Shown here in pieces: positions 59,446-64,000 of a DNA stretch of 64,000 bases; the first letter of the stretch is position 1, and every line of letters starts with the position of its first letter. The notes under the pieces are model-generated. The model saw only the letters and a program-made list of their open reading frames with translations, was not told where the DNA came from and searched no databases. Both the position numbers and the translations under genes were made by a program. Origin of the DNA: Marinoscillum sp. (GTDB taxonomy: Bacteria; Bacteroidota; Bacteroidia; Cytophagales; Cyclobacteriaceae); contig NZ_CBDDJZ010000001.1 in the NCBI RefSeq assembly GCF_965229915.1, forward strand, positions 4,739,171 to 4,803,170, read 5' to 3'.

Positions 59446-59723
59446 TTTAGATAGGTTTTCATATCTGTGCTCCAAGGTTCTGGTTCGGGATCCCGAATTT
59501 AGATCTCAGATTTTTCTCTTTTGTAGCGCATCTATGAATAATTATGAATATGACACTAAATAAGGCTAAGCATTTAACTTTCAATTCGATTATGCTCGTT
59601 GAACTGTGAAGTTAATTACGTTTCACATGCCATGTTAGGAAAAATCGCAATGTCAGTTCTTTTGTCACTTTTTTAGGTTTGAATTGTTGACTTATATTTA
59701 ACTGAAAAATTCAAATTCCGAAA

Positions 59724-61412
59724 ATGAGTAAGCAACCCTGGTTATCTACCTACCCCGAAGGAGTTCCTAAATCAATTGATGCAGATAAGTATTCGTCACT
59801 TGCCGAGCTGTTCATAGAATCGCGCTCCAAGTATGCTAACCGACCTGCCTATGAAAATATGGGCAAGGTGATCACCTTTGAGGAGTTGGGTGAGCTGTCT
59901 GATCGTTTTGCCTCCTATTTACAAAATGATCTGGGTTTAAAACCAGGAGATAAACTAGCGATTCAGCTTCCGAATGTTATCCAGAATCCTGTGGTGATGT
60001 ATGGAGCTTTAAAAGCTGGTTTAGTAGTAGTGAATACCAACCCGCTCTACACACCATCAGAGATGCGCCATCAGTTCCGTGATTCTGGAGCTAAGGCAAT
60101 AGTGATTTTGGCCAATTTCGCATCCAATCTGGAGGAAATCTTGAAGGAAACAGCTATTGATCACGTAATCATTACCGAACTCGGGGATATGATTGGAGGG
60201 ATCAAGGGAGCGTTGGTCAACTTTGTGGTGAAGAAAATAAAGAAAATGGTGCCCAAGTATCATTTACCGGAAGCGATATCACTAAAGACGGTATTGAAGA
60301 ACTCAAGAGCCGAGTCATTTAAGGCGCCTGAGATCGGTGCTGAGGATCTAGCTTTTCTTCAATACACTGGAGGAACCACTGGGGTTTCGAAAGGGGCGAT
60401 GCTGACCCATCGAAACCTAATTGCGAATCTGCAGCAAATTGAGGCCTGGCTTGGCCAGACCAAAATGGAAGAAGGTCAGGAAATCTTCATAGCGGCGTTA
60501 CCTCTTTATCACATTTTCGCCTTAAATGCACATGCATTACTCCCGGCTAAGCTTGGTGCTAAAAACGTACTCATTACCAACCCTCGTGATATGCCCGGTT
60601 TTGTGAAGGAACTTAAAAAGCATCCATTTACACTAATCACCGGTGTAAATACCCTCTTCAATGGACTGTTGAATACTCCTGGTTTTGCAGACCTGGATCA
60701 TAGCACAATCAAGGTGGCACTTGCAGGTGGTATGGCCCTTCAGCGAGCTGTTTTTGATAAGTGGGAACGAACAACTGGAAAGCGAATAGCCGAGGCGTAT
60801 GGTCTTACAGAAACATCCCCAGGACTTTGCATCAATCCCCTGGCCGAAGGCAACCGAGTGGGTACTATTGGCTTGCCATTGCCCGAAACGGATATCAAAC
60901 TGCTAGATGATGAGGGAAATGAGGTAGCTGATGGTGAAAAGGGAGAGCTTTGTTGCAAAGGACCTCAGGTATTTAGTGGCTACTGGCAGCGGCAGGAAGA
61001 AACCCAAAACTGTATGATCAATGGTTATTTCAAAACGGGTGATATTGCTACAATGGATCCTGACGGGTATTTCAGAATTGTTGATCGTAAAAAAGAAATG
61101 ATTTTGGTATCGGGATTCAATGTGTATCCCAATGAAGTGGAGGATGCCATAGCCTCACACCCAAAAGTACTTGAAGTAGGTGCGATCGGAGTGCCAGATG
61201 CCAAATCAACTGAGGCAGTGAAAGTATATATTGTCAAGAGTGACGAATCTCTCACCGAGCAGGAAATCTTTGATTACTGTAAGGAAAACCTCACCGGGTA
61301 TAAACGTCCAAAGCATGTAGCGTTTACTGATGAACTTCCTAAATCCAATGTTGGGAAAATCTTAAGGAGAATCATCAAAGAGCAGGATGCTAAAGACAAT
61401 ACCTACGATTGA
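59724..61412 (+). CDS. fadD: long-chain-fatty-acid--CoA ligase
   Basis: LQYTGGTTGVSKGAML, EAYGLTETSPG, GYFKTGDIA, VSGFNVYPNEVE, KSNVGKILRR. Confidence 0.93.
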   Translation: MSKQPWLSTYPEGVPKSIDADKYSSLAELFIESRSKYANRPAYENMGKVITFEELGELSDRFASYLQNDLGLKPGDKLAIQLPNVIQNPVVMYGALKAGLVVVNTNPLYTPSEMRHQFRDSGAKAIVILANFASNLEEILKETAIDHVIITELGDMIGGIKGALVNFVVKKIKKMVPKYHLPEAISLKTVLKNSRAESFKAPEIGAEDLAFLQYTGGTTGVSKGAMLTHRNLIANLQQIEAWLGQTKMEEGQEIFIAALPLYHIFALNAHALLPAKLGAKNVLITNPRDMPGFVKELKKHPFTLITGVNTLFNGLLNTPGFADLDHSTIKVALAGGMALQRAVFDKWERTTGKRIAEAYGLTETSPGLCINPLAEGNRVGTIGLPLPETDIKLLDDEGNEVADGEKGELCCKGPQVFSGYWQRQEETQNCMINGYFKTGDIATMDPDGYFRIVDRKKEMILVSGFNVYPNEVEDAIASHPKVLEVGAIGVPDAKSTEAVKVYIVKSDESLTEQEIFDYCKENLTGYKRPKHVAFTDELPKSNVGKILRRIIKEQDAKDNTYD

Positions 61413-62219
61413 TCAAATTTTGAGGATATCGGCTATTTGGTCAAAAGGGATCACTAATTCCGTTGGTCCCTTGGCATAGGCTGCTATTTCATAGCTATTG
61501 TAATAGAGCACCAGACCCTGTTGGGTCAACCCGATGGTTTCAGGCAATGCAAATTCATTGTTCTGAAAAGTAAACCCAAAGTCAGAAAATGATTGCTCTT
61601 CTGCAATATCGTAATGGGACCGAAAGGCTTGTTCGGCTATTTGTTTCAGCTTTTTTTCGTTTTTAACAATGTCTTTGAGCTCCAGCGGTTTTTTGCTTGA
61701 CTCACTCAAAGTTAGGTATTCCACAAAGCTATTGGAATGTGCGCCTCCCGTATATCCAGATGTTTTAATAGCCAATGATACCACCTCTAAAGTGGCGTAA
61801 GTTTGTTCTGCTTCAATGTCCAGATTCCATGCAGTAGAACTCTCAGGGAAGTTTTCAATAAACTCCTGGTAGGACTGCAGAAACATGTCTACCAATTGGT
61901 CTAGGGATTCTGATCCGTCGGCCTCCATTATATAGTCTTCACTCAGGGTGGAAGTGATTTGCTCTACGATGATCTGATTGAAGCGCGGATAACCTTCGTA
62001 TCGAGGATAGGTAATGGATACGGAAGTGCATGGCTCACTTGTACAGTTGGCCTTCTTGCTTACAGAAACTTGTTCCACTGCAAGGATTCCTTTTTCAGAA
62101 GTTACCACCGTCTGAGTGGACTCATCTACGGGTTGCTCTTGCTTGGATTGCTCCACGGAGCAGCTGTAAAAAAAGCATGCTAGAAAGGTGGTGAGGAGTA
62201 AATTCTGATTTCGGTTCAT
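61413..62219 (-). CDS. DUF4163/DUF3298 (RsiV-like) lipoprotein
   Basis: Lipobox FYSC; YTGGAHSN and GLVLYYNSYEIAAYAKG motifs. Confidence 0.88.
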   Translation of the reverse strand: MNRNQNLLLTTFLACFFYSCSVEQSKQEQPVDESTQTVVTSEKGILAVEQVSVSKKANCTSEPCTSVSITYPRYEGYPRFNQIIVEQITSTLSEDYIMEADGSESLDQLVDMFLQSYQEFIENFPESSTAWNLDIEAEQTYATLEVVSLAIKTSGYTGGAHSNSFVEYLTLSESSKKPLELKDIVKNEKKLKQIAEQAFRSHYDIAEEQSFSDFGFTFQNNEFALPETIGLTQQGLVLYYNSYEIAAYAKGPTELVIPFDQIADILKI

Positions 62220-62310
62220 AGCGTATTTTCAAAGAAAAAGTGATTTTAAAAGGAGATTATTCCTTTTTTTTGCCCTTGATTATAAATCACAACGACTAAA
62301 ATAAAATCAA

Positions 62311-63225
62311 ATGTATATGAATTTCCGCTTTTGCCTGATTGCAGTGGTTCTCTTTTGCATGGCAAGTACTTTAAGTGCACAATCAGATACCACCTACTGG
62401 ACATCTGGAGGTTTTGCGGCACTTACCTTCTCAAATGTCACACTTAGTGAGAGTTGGTCTGCTGGAGGGGTAGCCAGTATCTCTGTAAATGGTGCTACTG
62501 GTCTCTTTGCCAACTATGCAAAGGACAGAACTACCTGGGAAAGCTCTCTTGACCTTGGCTATGGGATGATTAATCAAGACAAACAAGGTTTTGAGAAATC
62601 CGATGATAAAATAAACCTGGTTACCAAGTACGGATATCAGATCAAGAAAGGTAACTCTAAGTGGTTTTTCAGTGGATTACTGGATTTCAGAACACAGTTT
62701 GCTGAAGGTACGGTGGTGGCCGCAGATGGTGTGTCAGATAGTACCATTTCCAATTTTATGGCTCCTGGTTACTTGACTGTTGGTCTTGGTGTTGACTACA
62801 AGCCAAACAAAAAGCTGTCATTTAACTACATACCGCTTACAGGTAAATTTACCTTTGTGAACGATCAGGTGCTGGCAGACAAAGGTGCCTACGGAGTAGA
62901 TCCGGGTGAAAAGTTTAGAGCAGAGCTAGGTTCTTTTCTGAGAATCAAATACAAAGATGAAATAATCAAAAATGTGAACCTTGAATCCAGACTCGAGCTC
63001 TTTACCAATTACATTGAGAGCTTTGGTGTGATTGATGTAAACTGGCAAAACACGGTGGTTATGAAAATCAATAAAGTACTTTCTGCCAACTTGTTTACTC
63101 ATTTACTGTATGATGAAGATATCAAAACAGGTGGTACGGAGAGTAACCCAGAGGCGGTTGTTCAATTCAAGAGTGTATTCGGAGTAGGTCTGGCTTATAA
63201 CTTTGGTGCGCAAGCCGATAAGTAA
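62311..63225 (+). CDS. DUF3078 outer-membrane protein
   Basis: W.AGG..S, KSDD.INL.TKYGY, F.TQFAEG, S.FMAPGYL, FGVGLAY. Confidence 0.88.
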   Translation: MYMNFRFCLIAVVLFCMASTLSAQSDTTYWTSGGFAALTFSNVTLSESWSAGGVASISVNGATGLFANYAKDRTTWESSLDLGYGMINQDKQGFEKSDDKINLVTKYGYQIKKGNSKWFFSGLLDFRTQFAEGTVVAADGVSDSTISNFMAPGYLTVGLGVDYKPNKKLSFNYIPLTGKFTFVNDQVLADKGAYGVDPGEKFRAELGSFLRIKYKDEIIKNVNLESRLELFTNYIESFGVIDVNWQNTVVMKINKVLSANLFTHLLYDEDIKTGGTESNPEAVVQFKSVFGVGLAYNFGAQADK

Positions 63226-63324
63226 TTGTTTTATATACCGGTTACTTCTTCGTATATTTAGATAGTAAGATGTATGAAGAAGTATAACAAAGGAGCCTTT
63301 CACCATTGATGGTGGAAGGCTTTT

Positions 63325-63999
63325 CTATTTGGTCTCAATCACCATTGGTTGAGTTTTGATATGGATGTCTCGCTGAGGAAACGGTATTTCTACCTTGTGC
63401 TTTTTGAATTCTTTGAAGATCTCAAAATAGAGTTCCGATTTCAGAATTCTTGGTTTATCCGTATGCGTTGACGTCCACACGGCCAAGTAGAAATTCAGGG
63501 AACTGTCTCCATATTCATCAAATAAGACTGAGGGCTCTGGCTTCTTCAGTACATGTGGGTTTTTGTCTGCTACCTCCAATAGGATGGTTTTGATCTTTTC
63601 CGGGTCCTCATTGTAGCTTACTCCCACAGGAATCCTGAAGCGTATGTTGCGATCATTATGACTCCAGTTGATCACCCGGCTGGAGATGAACTCCGAGTTG
63701 GGTACGATGATGGAGATGTTGTCATTGGTTAGGATCTGAGTCGCTCTAAATGAAATACTCATCACATTGCCCTGTACATCACCCACATCTATTCGGTCTC
63801 CAACTTTGATGGGTTTTTCAAACAGAATAATCACTCCGGAGATGAAATTGTCTGTAATGTTTTGCAATCCAAATCCAATACCCACGCCAAGTGCCCCGGC
63901 AATAAGGGTAAGAGCACTCATGTCGATACCAGCTGTTTGGACTATGACAATGGAGCCAACAACGATGAACAAAAACTTTGTCACTGTGCCCACAGTTGC
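63325..63999 (-). CDS. MscS-family mechanosensitive channel (5' end outside the window)
   Basis: GALGVGIGFGLQNI..NFISG, KPIKVGDRI, SIIVPNS.FI, VEIPFPQRDIH; the frame is open to the window edge. Confidence 0.93.
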   Translation of the reverse strand, partial: ATVGTVTKFLFIVVGSIVIVQTAGIDMSALTLIAGALGVGIGFGLQNITDNFISGVIILFEKPIKVGDRIDVGDVQGNVMSISFRATQILTNDNISIIVPNSEFISSRVINWSHNDRNIRFRIPVGVSYNEDPEKIKTILLEVADKNPHVLKKPEPSVLFDEYGDSSLNFYLAVWTSTHTDKPRILKSELYFEIFKEFKKHKVEIPFPQRDIHIKTQPMVIETK

Positions 64000-64000
64000 T

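Noticed and set aside
58707-59454. ORFs 58707-59144, 58857-59162, 58939-59214, 59060-59275 and 59269-59454
   Set aside because: They run across the non-coding repeat copies on both strands, lack recognisable motifs and are best explained as chance open frames.

Overview
Chromosomal window from a Bacteroidota bacterium, probably a marine Cytophagales-type. This is inferred from T9SS C-terminal sorting domains, a fused ccoNO, a DUF3857 gene pair and TAnnTTTG promoter elements. Most of it is housekeeping or accessory protein-coding DNA: zwf-pgl, two orphan sensor kinases, two large T9SS cargo proteins, a stand-alone SIR2-like gene, katG, a DUF3857/transglutaminase pair, a cbb3 oxidase operon (ccoS-NO-Q-P-G-fixH-TauE, without ccoI), a PadR-ABC permease pair, a SUF operon (sufB-C-D-S-E-T) and fadD. 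No integrase, transposase, rRNA or CRISPR array is visible. The most unusual region is the 1.8-kb gene-free interval 57925-59723. It holds a 149-nt tRNA-shaped RNA transcribed divergently from a true AsnC orthologue. The RNA has an Asp (GTC) anticodon and Asp identity elements, but also an Asn-type U1:A72 pair, a pyrimidine at position 37 and a 77-nt multi-hairpin variable arm. It is followed by two progressively decayed copies of its 3' half plus terminator, which carry short palindromic insertions at matching positions. A second orphan structured RNA candidate lies at 44013-44092. All family assignments come from motif recognition by eye; no database searches were run.
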